NCBI GenBank assembly: GCA_046313635.1
Contig: JBKBYA010000001.1
Location: 652,340-716,339, forward strand
Length of the DNA stretch: 64,000 nucleotides
Direction of reading: 5' to 3'
Origin: Pyrinomonadaceae bacterium
GTDB lineage: Bacteria > Acidobacteriota > Blastocatellia > Pyrinomonadales > Pyrinomonadaceae
The stretch's first letter is position 1; every line of letters starts with the position of its first letter. Of this stretch, positions 28,149 through 38,132 are shown piece by piece. A model generated the notes under the pieces. It saw only the letters and a list, made by a program, of their open reading frames with translations, was not told the DNA's origin and made no database searches. The position numbers and the translations under genes were made by a program.

Positions 28149-30485
28149 ATGCGAAATCCCTTTTTAGAAAATTTTCGCCCGTACATTCCCGATCACGTCA
28201 AGATCCGTGAGCTGACCGTTTTTCCGCTCATCGTCGGCACACTGCTCGGCATCATCTTCGGTGCTTCGTCGCTGTACCTCGTTCTGAAGACGGGTCTCAC
28301 CGTCTCGGCCTCGATCCCGGTGGCGGTCATCGCGATCACGCTGTTTCGGCTGATGTCGAAATTTGGCGCGCGCGACGCGACGATCCTCGAAGCAAACGTG
28401 ATGCAGACCGCGGGCTCGGCCGGCGAGTCGATCGCCTTCGGCGTCGGCGTGACGATGCCGGCGATCCTCATTCTCGGTTTCGACCTCGAGGTCACGCGCG
28501 TGATGCTCGTCGCCGTGCTCGGCGGGCTGCTCGGCATCCTGATGATGATCCCGCTGCGTCGAGCGCTCATAAGGGACCAGCACGGCCTGCTCAAGTACCC
28601 CGAGGGCACGGCCTGCGCGCAGGTGCTGATCGCCGGGGCCTCAAAAGAATCTCGCGACGCCGCCCACCAGGGCGAAGGCGCCGGCGCCGCAGAGAGCGAC
28701 GCTCAGGTGCTGCAGCGAGGGAAGATCATTACGGCCGGATTCGTCATCGGGTTTTTGTACAAGTCGGTGATGGACGTATTCAGCTTTTGGAAGGGTGAGC
28801 CCGGAAAGGAGTTCAGCGACCAGACGCTCAAGGGCGGCTCCGTTGCACTCGAGAATAACCCCGCCCTTCTCGGCGTCGGCTACATCATCGGGCCGTATAT
28901 CTCCTCGATAATGATGGCCGGCGGCGTGCTGTCGTATCTCGTGCTGATCCCGATGATCAAGTACTTCGGCACAGGGCTCACCGAGCCGATCGCTCCCGAG
29001 CTCACACAGACGATCGACGAGATGAGCCCGAGCGGCGTACGCGGCGCGTACATTCTCTACATCGGCGCGGGCGCGGTCGCGACGGCCGGCATCATCAGCC
29101 TGTTTCGCAGCCTGCCGACGATCTGGCACGGATTGAAGTCGGGACTCAAAGACCTGCGCGGCGGCCAGAACGGCGAGAACGGCGAGGGTCTGCCGCGTAC
29201 CGATCAGGACCTCTCGATGAAGTGGGTCGTCATCGGCGTGATCGTCCTGATGGCCGCGATAATGCTCGCGCCGCAGTTGGGCATCAGCGTCTTTCAGCAT
29301 CCGTTCGTGTCGTTCCTCGGCGCGCTGCTGATCGTGGTGCTGGGCTTTTTGTTCGTCACCGTCTCGTCGCGTCTGACGGGCGAGGTCGGCTCGTCGTCAA
29401 ACCCGATCTCGGGAATGACGGTCGCGACGCTCTTGATCACGTGTCTCGTCTTTTTGGCTCTCGGATGGACACAGCCGGATCCGTACTTCGTCACGGCGCT
29501 GTCGATCGGCGGCATCGTGTGTATCGCCGCTTCGAATGGCGGCACGACGTCGCAGGACCTGAAGACCGGCTTCCTCGTCGGCGGCACACCGCGCAATCAG
29601 CAGATCGCCATTCTCGTCGGAGCGCTCGCCTCGGCGCTCGTGCTCGGGCCGCTGCTTATCTTCCTGAACGATTCAAAGACGTACTACGCCAAGCCCGATC
29701 CGCAGATCGCCGCCTACACCGTCCGCGAGGACCAGCTCGCGCGTGACGGCTCGCAGCTTCGCGCAGAGAAGGCCGGCGGCAACTTCGCCTCCGATACCAA
29801 CACGTACCGCGTCTGGCACAACACCGACCCGAAGGTCGGCCAGGAGGGCAAGTACCTCGTCGACCAGCAGGGACATCCGGTCTATTTTGTCGACCCGACG
29901 ATCAACGGCGTGATCCGCAAGGACGAGGCCGGCAACGACATCGAGCGTTACGACGCGCCCAAGGCGACGCTGATGAGCTACATAATCAAGGGGATCCTCA
30001 GCCAGCAGCTGCCGTGGGGACTTGTGCTCATCGGCGCGATGATCGCAATCATGCTCGAGCTCACCGGAGCTCCGGCGCTCGCCTTCGCGGTCGGACTTTA
30101 CCTGCCGATCTCGACAAGCGCTCCGATCTTTGTCGGCGGAATGGTCCGCTGGCTCGTCGATCTCTATCTCAAGCGCCGGCTCGCCGCGCAAAACCTGACC
30201 GAGGACCAGATCATCGCCGAGACCGATAAATCCAACGGCGTGCTGCTCGCCTCGGGCTACATCGCCGGCGGCGCGATCGCCGGCATCCTGATCGCCGTCT
30301 TCGCCGTCGTGCCCGCGCTGCAAGAGCTGCAGGCGAGCGCGAACGCGTGGGCGAAGGAGCATAATCCGTTCTTCGCCGGCGATTCGGCCGACATCTTGGG
30401 TCTGCTGCCATTCGCCGCTCTTGCCGTGCTGCTCTACTTTGTCGGCCGCGAGATCCTGATGGCCGGCAAGAAAGAGATGCCCTAG
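28149..30485 (+). CDS. OPT family oligopeptide transporter
   Basis: LKTGLTVSASIP, YPEGTAC, SSNPISG, SQDLKTG, APKATLM. Confidence 0.93.
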   Translation: MRNPFLENFRPYIPDHVKIRELTVFPLIVGTLLGIIFGASSLYLVLKTGLTVSASIPVAVIAITLFRLMSKFGARDATILEANVMQTAGSAGESIAFGVGVTMPAILILGFDLEVTRVMLVAVLGGLLGILMMIPLRRALIRDQHGLLKYPEGTACAQVLIAGASKESRDAAHQGEGAGAAESDAQVLQRGKIITAGFVIGFLYKSVMDVFSFWKGEPGKEFSDQTLKGGSVALENNPALLGVGYIIGPYISSIMMAGGVLSYLVLIPMIKYFGTGLTEPIAPELTQTIDEMSPSGVRGAYILYIGAGAVATAGIISLFRSLPTIWHGLKSGLKDLRGGQNGENGEGLPRTDQDLSMKWVVIGVIVLMAAIMLAPQLGISVFQHPFVSFLGALLIVVLGFLFVTVSSRLTGEVGSSSNPISGMTVATLLITCLVFLALGWTQPDPYFVTALSIGGIVCIAASNGGTTSQDLKTGFLVGGTPRNQQIAILVGALASALVLGPLLIFLNDSKTYYAKPDPQIAAYTVREDQLARDGSQLRAEKAGGNFASDTNTYRVWHNTDPKVGQEGKYLVDQQGHPVYFVDPTINGVIRKDEAGNDIERYDAPKATLMSYIIKGILSQQLPWGLVLIGAMIAIMLELTGAPALAFAVGLYLPISTSAPIFVGGMVRWLVDLYLKRRLAAQNLTEDQIIAETDKSNGVLLASGYIAGGAIAGILIAVFAVVPALQELQASANAWAKEHNPFFAGDSADILGLLPFAALAVLLYFVGREILMAGKKEMP

Positions 30486-30630
30486 GCCGCGGGTAAAAAC
30501 CTGTTACCTTTTCCGGGAAGACACGCTATAATGCCCAGGCGTGTCTTCTCGTTTTTCTGCGTGACACGCCGCACTTTTAGGCCTTCAGCCCTGACTCTCA
30601 AGTCTCGTTTTTCCTGAAAAGTTCAATTCG

Positions 30631-31500
30631 ATGACCGCAATGATTATCCGGCAGACGCTCATATTGTCCGCGATCGCGGCGGCAGGCCTTTTGGCAAACG
30701 GCTGCTCGGCCGAAGCCGCACGCATATCGACGGCTCAGCCGCTCGCCGCAGAAGCTGCCGCCTCCGCCCAGCCGGGCAAACGGTACGCGAGCGGCGCAAC
30801 GATCGAGATCGCGCCCAACTCGCCCGCCGATACGGTCCGCGCCTTTTACCAAAACCTGCGCGAGGGGAAGATCCGCGCGGCGATATACCTGACCAACCTG
30901 CGGCCCGCGATCGAGGGACTGACCGACGCCGAGCTTAAAGAATTTCAGGTCGACTTTGAAACGCTCGCGAGGCAGGTGCCCGAGAGCCTCGAAATCAACG
31001 GCGAGATCACGACAGGTGATCGCGCAAGCGTGACGGTGCGGCTGCCTTTGCCCGACGATCCGTCCAAAACGGACGTTCAGGAGATACAGCTCCGGCGCGA
31101 CGGCGACGTGTGGGTCATACTCACGGTCGACGAGCAGGCCGAGAAAAAGATACGTCAGGAAGGCAGGAACTACTTCTTTGCGCTCAAGATCGCGACGCAC
31201 CAGGACGAGGCGCGCGCGATGCTCGACCGCATCGCAAAGGCGCAGATGGTCTACGCGACGCAGAACGGCGGATCGTTTGGCGAGATGCAGCAGCTGATCG
31301 ACGCGGGGCTGCTGCCCGAGGATGTGAAGTCGTCAGACTCGACCGGCTACGGCTATTCGATCAAGCTCTCGGCCGACAAAAAGAATTATTCCGCGACCGC
31401 CGCTCCGGCCGTTTACGGCAAGACCGGCAAACTTACTTTTGAAGTGCAGTTGAAGGGGAGCACGCCTTACCTCACGAGCCGCGACACGGGCGGCAAATAG
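30631..31500 (+). CDS. Hypothetical lipoprotein (NTF2-like region plus pilin-like C-terminal region)
   Basis: LANGC lipobox-like; IAKAQMVY, GYGY, YSATAAP.VYGKTGK. Confidence 0.65.
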   Translation: MTAMIIRQTLILSAIAAAGLLANGCSAEAARISTAQPLAAEAAASAQPGKRYASGATIEIAPNSPADTVRAFYQNLREGKIRAAIYLTNLRPAIEGLTDAELKEFQVDFETLARQVPESLEINGEITTGDRASVTVRLPLPDDPSKTDVQEIQLRRDGDVWVILTVDEQAEKKIRQEGRNYFFALKIATHQDEARAMLDRIAKAQMVYATQNGGSFGEMQQLIDAGLLPEDVKSSDSTGYGYSIKLSADKKNYSATAAPAVYGKTGKLTFEVQLKGSTPYLTSRDTGGK

Positions 31501-31534
31501 CGAGCGATCTTCAAACCGTACGCCGACACCGACA

Positions 31535-32005
31535 ATGCTGCTTCGCAAATTGGCATCGATCGTCACCCAAACCATCGCCGAGCGTCGCGCCGCGCCGCGC
31601 AAAAAGGTTCAGCTGCCGGTCCGGATCACATTCGAGCCGCGCGCGTCCGGTCCCAAGCAGGAAGCGGCCCGGACCGATCTCTCGATCGACGGCGTCACCC
31701 GGGACGTGAGCGTGTGCGGCATCGGGGCGGTCGTCTCGTCGATCCGCGTCAAGGAGAATTACCTCGTCGGGCAAGACCGCGTCCTGCGGCTCGAGCTCGC
31801 CATCTTGCCAGCGCGGACGATCACGATGAAGGTCGTCGGGCGCCGTTATGAGGAGATCGGCTTTCACACATCGACCGAGCGATTCCTGGTCGGTCTCGAG
31901 ATCGTCGAGATGTCGGACGATGACCGCGCGGCCTACGAGCACTTCGTCGCAAACGTCGAACGCCTGGCAAAAGGCGCAGGCGGGCTCAAGCTCGAGACCC
32001 AGTGA
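31535..32005 (+). CDS. PilZ domain protein
   Basis: ERRAAPR and DVSVCG motifs. Confidence 0.85.
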   Translation: MLLRKLASIVTQTIAERRAAPRKKVQLPVRITFEPRASGPKQEAARTDLSIDGVTRDVSVCGIGAVVSSIRVKENYLVGQDRVLRLELAILPARTITMKVVGRRYEEIGFHTSTERFLVGLEIVEMSDDDRAAYEHFVANVERLAKGAGGLKLETQ

Positions 32006-32034
32006 CCGAACGCTAGTTGAGCAGGATGCCGTCG

Positions 32035-32068
32035 CGAGGCCGTCTGAAATGGCGGCCTCGTTTTGTTT
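32035..32068 (+). terminator. Rho-independent terminator
   Basis: CGAGGCCGTC/GGCGGCCTCG stem followed by TTTTGTTT. Confidence 0.7.
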
Positions 32069-32208
32069 GGATAGTTGATCAAACTTCCGGCTGCGAACGG
32101 GCTTTGCCGCTCGACCTTTCTCAAAGGCTTGGGGCCGGACTCTTGGCGGCTCCGCCCCTCGACTTTCTCAAAACTCGCGTTCGGCCCTCATCCTGGCGGC
32201 TTCGCCGC

Positions 32209-32327
32209 TCTATTTGCAGAAAAGCTCTGCTTTTCCGTCGAGCACTCCTAATCAATCCGGGGGCTGCGCCGCCGCCGGAGAGTTCAAAAGGCCCCGGCCG
32301 GAAAAGCAGAGCTTTTCCGCAAATAGA
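32209..32327. repeat. 29-bp inverted repeat with internally palindromic arms (REP doublet/MITE-like)
   Basis: TCTATTTGCAGAAAAGCTCTGCTTTTCCG opposite CGGAAAAGCAGAGCTTTTCCGCAAATAGA (one mismatch). Confidence 0.8.
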
Positions 32328-32463
32328 CGGGCGGGGCCAGAAGATTCGGGATCTAATCTGGCGGGCCTTTACGTTCAACTCGATGGTCGCTCGCGAGCGG
32401 TTGGGGGTCACGGACTCTCAGGTAGCTTTTCTTTTTACAGATGCGAAGCGGTAGATTTGAAAA

Positions 32464-33552
32464 ATGAGCAATCTGGTTGGGATCGGGATCATCGGGACGG
32501 GATTTGCGCGCAAGGTGCAGATACCTGGGTTTTTAATGTCAGGCGGAGCGAAGATCGTTTCGATCGCGAGCGGCAGCTATGAGAACGCGCGTTCGACCGC
32601 CGAGCAGTTCGGGGTCGAGCACTACACGGCCGACTGGCGCGAGACCGCGGCGCGTCGCGACGTCGATCTGGTCTGCATCACGACGCCGCCCGATCTGCAT
32701 CGAGAGATGGCGATGTTCGCGCTCGAGCAGCACAAGCACGTGCTCTGCGAAAAGCCTATGGCGATGAGCGTCGCCGAGGCCGAGGAGATGGCCGACTTCG
32801 CCGCGCGGCGCGATCTGCTCGCGCTGATCGATCACGAGCTGCGATTCTTGCCCGGGCGGCAGCGGGCGTTCGCGATGCTGCGCGAGGGCGCGATCGGCAC
32901 GGTCCGTCATGCGAAGTACAGCTTTCGCGCGTCGTACCGCGCCGACGGGACAATGCCGTGGAACTGGTGGTCCGACGCCGCGCAGGGCGGCGGAGCTCTC
33001 GGTGCGATCGGCTCGCACGTCGTCGACTCGTTCAACTGGCTGCTCGGCACGCGCGTCGCGAGCGTCTATTGCCGGCTCCAGACCGCCGTCAAAAAGCGGC
33101 CCGGCCGCGACGGCGAGATGGGAGAGGTGACGGCCGACGACGCCGCGATGATGGTGCTCGAATTTGCCGATTCGGAATTGACGACGGACGCAACGGCTCT
33201 CGTCTCGGTCTCGACGGCCGAGCCGCCCGAGTATCAGAACCGGATCGAGCTATTCGGTACGCTCGGTGCGATGCGGATCGATCAGCGAGGCGAGCTTTTT
33301 ATCGGGTCGAACGGCGAGGACGATTGGCAGCGCGTGCCGGTCGAATACGGCCGCGGGATCGAGGGCGTTTACGATTCGGGATTCCCGAGCGGATTTACCG
33401 AATTTGCCCCGCGGATCGTCGACGCGATCCTTTCGGGCGCGAGGCATATCCCGCACGCCGCGACTTTCAAGGACGGCGTCGAGGTCCAGCGAGTGCTCGA
33501 CGCGGCGAGAGAGTCAAACGCCGCCGGAGCTCGGACACCCCTGTCCGCATAA
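32464..33552 (+). CDS. Gfo/Idh/MocA oxidoreductase
   Basis: GIIGTG, HVLCEKP, GGGAL. Confidence 0.92.
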   Translation: MSNLVGIGIIGTGFARKVQIPGFLMSGGAKIVSIASGSYENARSTAEQFGVEHYTADWRETAARRDVDLVCITTPPDLHREMAMFALEQHKHVLCEKPMAMSVAEAEEMADFAARRDLLALIDHELRFLPGRQRAFAMLREGAIGTVRHAKYSFRASYRADGTMPWNWWSDAAQGGGALGAIGSHVVDSFNWLLGTRVASVYCRLQTAVKKRPGRDGEMGEVTADDAAMMVLEFADSELTTDATALVSVSTAEPPEYQNRIELFGTLGAMRIDQRGELFIGSNGEDDWQRVPVEYGRGIEGVYDSGFPSGFTEFAPRIVDAILSGARHIPHAATFKDGVEVQRVLDAARESNAAGARTPLSA

Positions 33553-33705
33553 GCGTCCGCGTTCCGACAAACGCCGGAGAATCGAGTAGATCGTTCTCCG
33601 GCGGTTTTCTTCGCGTCCGAAGACGGACGCTCATGCGGACGAGGGCGTCCGCGTTCCGACGAGGGCGTCCGCGTTCCGACGAGGGCGTCCGCGTTCCGAC
33701 GAGGG
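33526..33705. repeat. REP-like inverted pair plus 20-bp tandem repeat (3.4 copies)
   Basis: 33526-33558 is inverse to 33625-33657; GACGAGGGCGTCCGCGTTCC at 33638, 33658, 33678. Confidence 0.85.
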
Positions 33706-33715
33706 GGGCGCTCCG

Positions 33716-35641
33716 TTATTTGAGATGCTTGTCTAGAAAGTCAGCGACGAGCGGATATAGCACGAGGCGGTTTTTCAGTTTCGAGATGCCGTGGCCCTCG
33801 TCGTCGAAGAGCTTGTACTCGACAACGCCGCCGCGTTCGCGGATCGCCTTTACGACCTGCTCGGCCTCGGTATAGGGAACCCGCGGATCGTTCTTGCCGT
33901 GAATGACAAACAGCGGTGCCTTGATGCGATCGATGCGTCGGATAGGCGAGATCTCGCGCAGGAAGTCGAGGTCGCGGTCGAGACGGCCGTATTCGACCTC
34001 GCGCTGGCGGCGGCGGTAGCCCGAGGTGTTTTTCAAAAACGTCTCCCAATTGACGATCCCGACCGTATTGACCGCCGCGGCCCACAGTTCGGGATAGAGC
34101 GTGATCGCGGCCATCGTTATATAACCGCCGTAGCTGCCGCCCATCACCGCGATGCGCTTCGGGTCGGCGCCTCCGCTCGTCTTGAGCCACTCGACGGCGT
34201 ATGCGAGGTCCTTGACCGAATCTTCGCGATTCTTCACATCGTCGAGATGCGTGTACGTTTTGCCGTAACCGGTCGAGCCGCGAACGTTCGTCGCGAGGAT
34301 CGCGTAGCCGCGCGAGAGGTAGTACTGATAGAGAGCGTTGAAGCCGGGACGCTCCTGACCTTCGGGGCCGCCGTGGACCGAGACGATCACCGGGTATTGA
34401 GTTCCTTTTCTGTCTTTTGCCCCGCGGCCCAAGCGCGGCAGGTAAAACCACGCCGGAATGTCGCGGCCGTCAAATGTCTTGTACTTGATCAGCCGCGGAG
34501 CGATGAACGATTTCGGATCGATCCCTGCACGGTCGCTTTGCGTGACCTGCGCGAGCTTTTTAGTCTTCAGATCGTAGATCCAGACATCGCCGTTCCGCGT
34601 CGCCGAATTAAACGTGAAGGCGAGCTTGCTCTCGTCGTCCGAGAACGTCAGTCCGCTGACGATGCCCTGGGCGGGAAGCGCGACCTTTGCGGCTCGGGCA
34701 GCTACGGTCGAGACGAGAGGCTTGCCGCCGGACTCGACCTTGCGCAGATACAATTCCGAAAAGCCTTCGCGATTGACCGTGTACGCCATCACGCTCGGGC
34801 TCTCGGTCATCGTGACGTCGCCGGTGTCCCAACTAGTGTTGTCGATAAAGCGCACCTCGCGATTCGCTGCGGACCAGTCGTCGATCGCCGCGTTCTTTTT
34901 GCGCATCACGGCGAGATTCTCAAATTCGCGGCCGTCATTCGTCGTAAAGACGATGCTGTCGGCGAGAAATTCGGCGTTGCCGAATTCGGCCGAGCCCGAG
35001 TGCGGCGTGAGGTGCGTGACCTGTTTGCTGCGCGTGTCGACGAGATAGAGATCGTTGTCGAGGCTTAGCTCGGTGCCGCTGCGCGAGACGATGATCTTAG
35101 AGCCGCTGTCGTTGACCGCTGCGACGCTGTTGCTGCCGTCGTGCTCGAGGAGCATCTCCTCTCTGCCCGAGGCGATGTCCATTCGGTACACGTCGAAGAA
35201 GTTTCTGTTGCGCTTATTTGACGCGTAATAGATCGTCCTGCCGTCGGCCGAGACGACGCCAAAGTTGTGACGTACCCTTGCATCGCTCGTCAGCTCGCGC
35301 ACGCCCGAGCCGTCCGGACGCATCCAGAAGAACTGCGTATTCTCGTCGCCGCCGCGCGCCTTGCCAAAGATGAGCCCGCCGGGCAGCCACCGGACAAAGC
35401 TGACGTTGTCGTCGTAGTTGGTCAGCTGCCTCGGCTTGCCGTTCGGCAGATCGACGACCCAGACCTGCGACGTGCCGGTGACGTTCGTCAGGTACGCGAG
35501 CTGCCGGCCGTCGGGCGAGAACGCCGGCCCGCCTGCGGATTTGATCGACAGATACTGCTGGATCGTGTAAGGCTGCTGAGCAAAGGTCGCGAGTGCGAAA
35601 AAGCAGAGCACGAGGCCCGCGGCGATGAGCATCTTTTTCAT
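33716..35641 (-). CDS. S9 family peptidase (beta-propeller plus alpha/beta hydrolase)
   Basis: Signal peptide; HGGP, GGSYGG, HGKNDPRV, DEGH. Confidence 0.93.
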   Translation of the reverse strand: MKKMLIAAGLVLCFFALATFAQQPYTIQQYLSIKSAGGPAFSPDGRQLAYLTNVTGTSQVWVVDLPNGKPRQLTNYDDNVSFVRWLPGGLIFGKARGGDENTQFFWMRPDGSGVRELTSDARVRHNFGVVSADGRTIYYASNKRNRNFFDVYRMDIASGREEMLLEHDGSNSVAAVNDSGSKIIVSRSGTELSLDNDLYLVDTRSKQVTHLTPHSGSAEFGNAEFLADSIVFTTNDGREFENLAVMRKKNAAIDDWSAANREVRFIDNTSWDTGDVTMTESPSVMAYTVNREGFSELYLRKVESGGKPLVSTVAARAAKVALPAQGIVSGLTFSDDESKLAFTFNSATRNGDVWIYDLKTKKLAQVTQSDRAGIDPKSFIAPRLIKYKTFDGRDIPAWFYLPRLGRGAKDRKGTQYPVIVSVHGGPEGQERPGFNALYQYYLSRGYAILATNVRGSTGYGKTYTHLDDVKNREDSVKDLAYAVEWLKTSGGADPKRIAVMGGSYGGYITMAAITLYPELWAAAVNTVGIVNWETFLKNTSGYRRRQREVEYGRLDRDLDFLREISPIRRIDRIKAPLFVIHGKNDPRVPYTEAEQVVKAIRERGGVVEYKLFDDEGHGISKLKNRLVLYPLVADFLDKHLK

Positions 35642-35721
35642 CAGAATTCTCCGGACAAGAAAAATGGATAACGAGACTTGCCGCTCATTATCCTTAAACT
35701 CCGAACCAAACTTCAAACCGT

Positions 35722-36213
35722 CTAGAGCTCGATCTTGCCGTATTCGCCGTAGTCCGCCTCCTGCCCGGTAGCGAGGGCCTTGACGAATCCGACGAGCTGA
35801 ACGAGTTTGGAGTCGGACGCGTCCCAGTATTCGGCTTCCTCGACCGAGATCCTCAGCAGACATAGATGAGGGTCATCAGGCCCTTCAGGAAACCAGGCCT
35901 TGTGGATCGGGCTCCAGAGCTCTTGGATCTTCTCCTCGTCTTTTACGACCTCGGCCCGGCCGGAGACCGAGACGTACGTATTGTCGTCGGGCTGCGAATG
36001 CGCGACGTTCACGCGGTTGTCGGCCTCGATCTCGTCGACCTTGTGCGTATCGTCATTCGAAAAGAACCACAGGTCGCCCTTCTCGTCCATCTCCTGCGTC
36101 GACATCGGCCGGCTCCGCAGCCTGCCGCCGGAGATCGTTGTCAGCATGGCAAAGTCGATGCCCTCAAGCAGCTCCTTTAGTTTGGCGATCGACTCGTTTC
36201 GTTTGTCTTCCAT
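35722..36213 (-). CDS. General stress protein 26 / pyridoxamine 5'-phosphate oxidase-like
   Basis: AMLTT, SRPM, LWFF, YVSVSG, AWFPEG, AEYWD. Confidence 0.9.
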   Translation of the reverse strand: MEDKRNESIAKLKELLEGIDFAMLTTISGGRLRSRPMSTQEMDEKGDLWFFSNDDTHKVDEIEADNRVNVAHSQPDDNTYVSVSGRAEVVKDEEKIQELWSPIHKAWFPEGPDDPHLCLLRISVEEAEYWDASDSKLVQLVGFVKALATGQEADYGEYGKIEL

Positions 36214-36273
36214 ACTCTCGCTTACCTCTCAAATTGAATTGCCGTTCGAAGGTCGTACGACGGCCTCGACCCG

Positions 36274-36288
36274 GCAAGATGCATTCCG
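36274..36288 (-). promoter_or_regulatory. Putative sigma-54 promoter
   Basis: Minus strand CGGAATGCATCTTGC (GG-N10-GC) 60 nt upstream of the start. Confidence 0.45.
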
Positions 36289-36351
36289 CCCGGTAAACCG
36301 CTCTGGATCAGCTCTCGCGAGTGCCGCCTAAAGAGAGCGCCGACCCCGTTT

Positions 36352-36786
36352 TTACGACGTATGGTCGTGCACTATCCGCCAGCCGTCTTTGAATCGGCGA
36401 AAAATGAGCGTGAATTTGCCGTGCGGGTTGTCCTTGTCACGCGCGAGCGACCACGACCCAAGGACGACGGCCGAGCCCTTTGAGAGAACTGTGATCTCGA
36501 GGTCGGAGAAGGTCAGCGTGCCCATCTTGGCCCGCGAATCGTAGCTTTTTTTGTAGCGGTCGAGCGTCGGCCGCCAGCCGCGCGTGACATTGGCGCCTGA
36601 GACAAAGACGAGGTCGGGCGAGTTCCAGTAGCCCTGCATAAATCCGTCGATGTCGCCGCGATTCCACGCCGCGGCCTGCGCGTCCATCACGGCGCGAATC
36701 GCGGTCTTGGCCTGCGTTTTTTGTTGGGCGGCAGCTCCGGTACTGCAGAGAACGACGAGTGCGAAGGCGAGTAAGCGTATCTTCAT
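36352..36786 (-). CDS. Secreted SnoaL/DUF4440 (NTF2-like) protein
   Basis: AWNRGDIDGFMQGYW, WRIVHDHTS. Confidence 0.88.
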   Translation of the reverse strand: MKIRLLAFALVVLCSTGAAAQQKTQAKTAIRAVMDAQAAAWNRGDIDGFMQGYWNSPDLVFVSGANVTRGWRPTLDRYKKSYDSRAKMGTLTFSDLEITVLSKGSAVVLGSWSLARDKDNPHGKFTLIFRRFKDGWRIVHDHTS

Positions 36787-36912
36787 AGTCTTGTCACCGG
36801 AAGTGTGACCGATGGCGCGGCGGCGGGCAAGCACGATGCGGCCGAGAGGCGGGACGAACGTCCGTCCTCTCGGCCGCATTCGATCGATGGACGCGGGTCG
36901 AGCGGGCTGCCG

Positions 36913-37557
36913 CTAATTTTTGTCGGCCATCATCTCTTTTTGCTTGTCGGTCAACGCGATGCCCATCTTCTCGATCGTGGCCTGATTGAGCGTGCCGGTG
37001 ACCTTGAGACCGTTGGCTTGCTGATACTTTTTGAGCGCCGCTCGCGTGTCGGGATCGAGCTTTCCGGTCTCTTCGCCGGAATACAGATTCGCGGTCTTGA
37101 GCATTCGCTGAGCCTCGATGATCTGGTCCTTGGTCGCGCGAAAGATCGGGCCCCGCGTCTTTGCGGTCGAGCCTGTGCCGCTGCCGCCGGCCGAGGCATA
37201 CGAACTCGCGCTGGCAGGTATCGCCTTTTGCGCGTCGGTCAGCTCGATGCCCATTTTTTCGAGCGTCGCACGATTGAGCGTACCGGTCGGCTTGAGACCG
37301 TTATCCTTTTGGTAGCTCTTGATCGCCGCACGCGTTTCGACATCGAGCTTGCCCGTCGCTTCGCCTGAGTACAGGCTCTTTGCCTTGAGCATCGTCTGAA
37401 CCTCTGTGATCTGGGCCTTGTTTGCCCTGAAGATCTGCTTTTTAGGCTTAGCCTCGGATGTGGCGTTCTGGGCCGTCTGGCCGGAAGGATTTGTCTGCGC
37501 CGCTGTCGGAACTGCGAGAGCGAGAGCAGCAAACACTAAAAGAAGAAGCTTCTTCAT
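36913..37557 (-). CDS. Secreted protein with two peptidoglycan-binding domains
   Basis: Internal duplication Q.MLK...LYSGE.TGKLD..TRAA.K.YQ..NGLK.TGTLN.AT. Confidence 0.88.
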   Translation of the reverse strand: MKKLLLLVFAALALAVPTAAQTNPSGQTAQNATSEAKPKKQIFRANKAQITEVQTMLKAKSLYSGEATGKLDVETRAAIKSYQKDNGLKPTGTLNRATLEKMGIELTDAQKAIPASASSYASAGGSGTGSTAKTRGPIFRATKDQIIEAQRMLKTANLYSGEETGKLDPDTRAALKKYQQANGLKVTGTLNQATIEKMGIALTDKQKEMMADKN

Positions 37558-37716
37558 AAGTATTCACTCCCTAAGTTTTTTTGATCTGGATCGGGGCGGC
37601 GAACTTTTCAGCGCGCGGAACGTCGTCGAATGGGAGACGCCTCAGGCTGAAAAAGTGTCAGCACTATCCCTTATTTGGCGAGGACGTGTCAAGATAATTT
37701 TGAAGACGCCAAACGC

Positions 37717-38028
37717 ATGCTGCACGAAACCACGATCGAAAAGCTGATCAGCGAGGCGATCGAGCGCGGCGAGTTTGAAGGCCTGAGAGGCTCGGGCCGG
37801 CCGCTTGATCTCGACGAGTATTTCAACACGCCCGAAGATCTGCGGACGGCGTACTCGCTCCTCAAGGCCAACCAATTCGTGCCGAGAGAGGTCGATCTCC
37901 TCCGCGAGATCGCCGAGCTCAGGGACCGCCCGCGTCGGGCCGATGCCGGCCTGCGGGCCGGACTCCGGAGAAGCCTCAACGAAAGGGAGCTCGCGCTCCG
38001 GCAGGAGATCGAGAGACGCAGGCGCTGA
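37717..38028 (+). CDS. DUF1992 domain protein
   Basis: IEKLISEAIERGEF..L.GSGRPL, LLKANQFVP. Confidence 0.85.
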   Translation: MLHETTIEKLISEAIERGEFEGLRGSGRPLDLDEYFNTPEDLRTAYSLLKANQFVPREVDLLREIAELRDRPRRADAGLRAGLRRSLNERELALRQEIERRRR

Positions 38029-38060
38029 CCGCTCATCGGATCTTGCCGGGACGGGGCGTC

Positions 38061-38090
38061 TTGCTGAATGAATGTTCATTCAGTTATAAT
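38061..38090 (+). promoter_or_regulatory. Sigma-70 promoter overlapping a FadR (TetR)-type operator
   Basis: TTGCTG-N18-TATAAT; palindrome CTGAATGAATGTTCATTCAG at 38064-38083. Confidence 0.8.
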
Positions 38091-38132
38091 CGCCGCACGT
38101 TTTTTTATCTTTTTTCAAATTCGGACACGATT

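Noticed and set aside
32017..32454. ORFs across the 32.0-32.45 kb intergenic region
   Set aside because: Translations derive from repeat DNA and cross a terminator
33638..33705. 20-bp direct repeats as a CRISPR array
   Set aside because: No spacers between units and no cas genes
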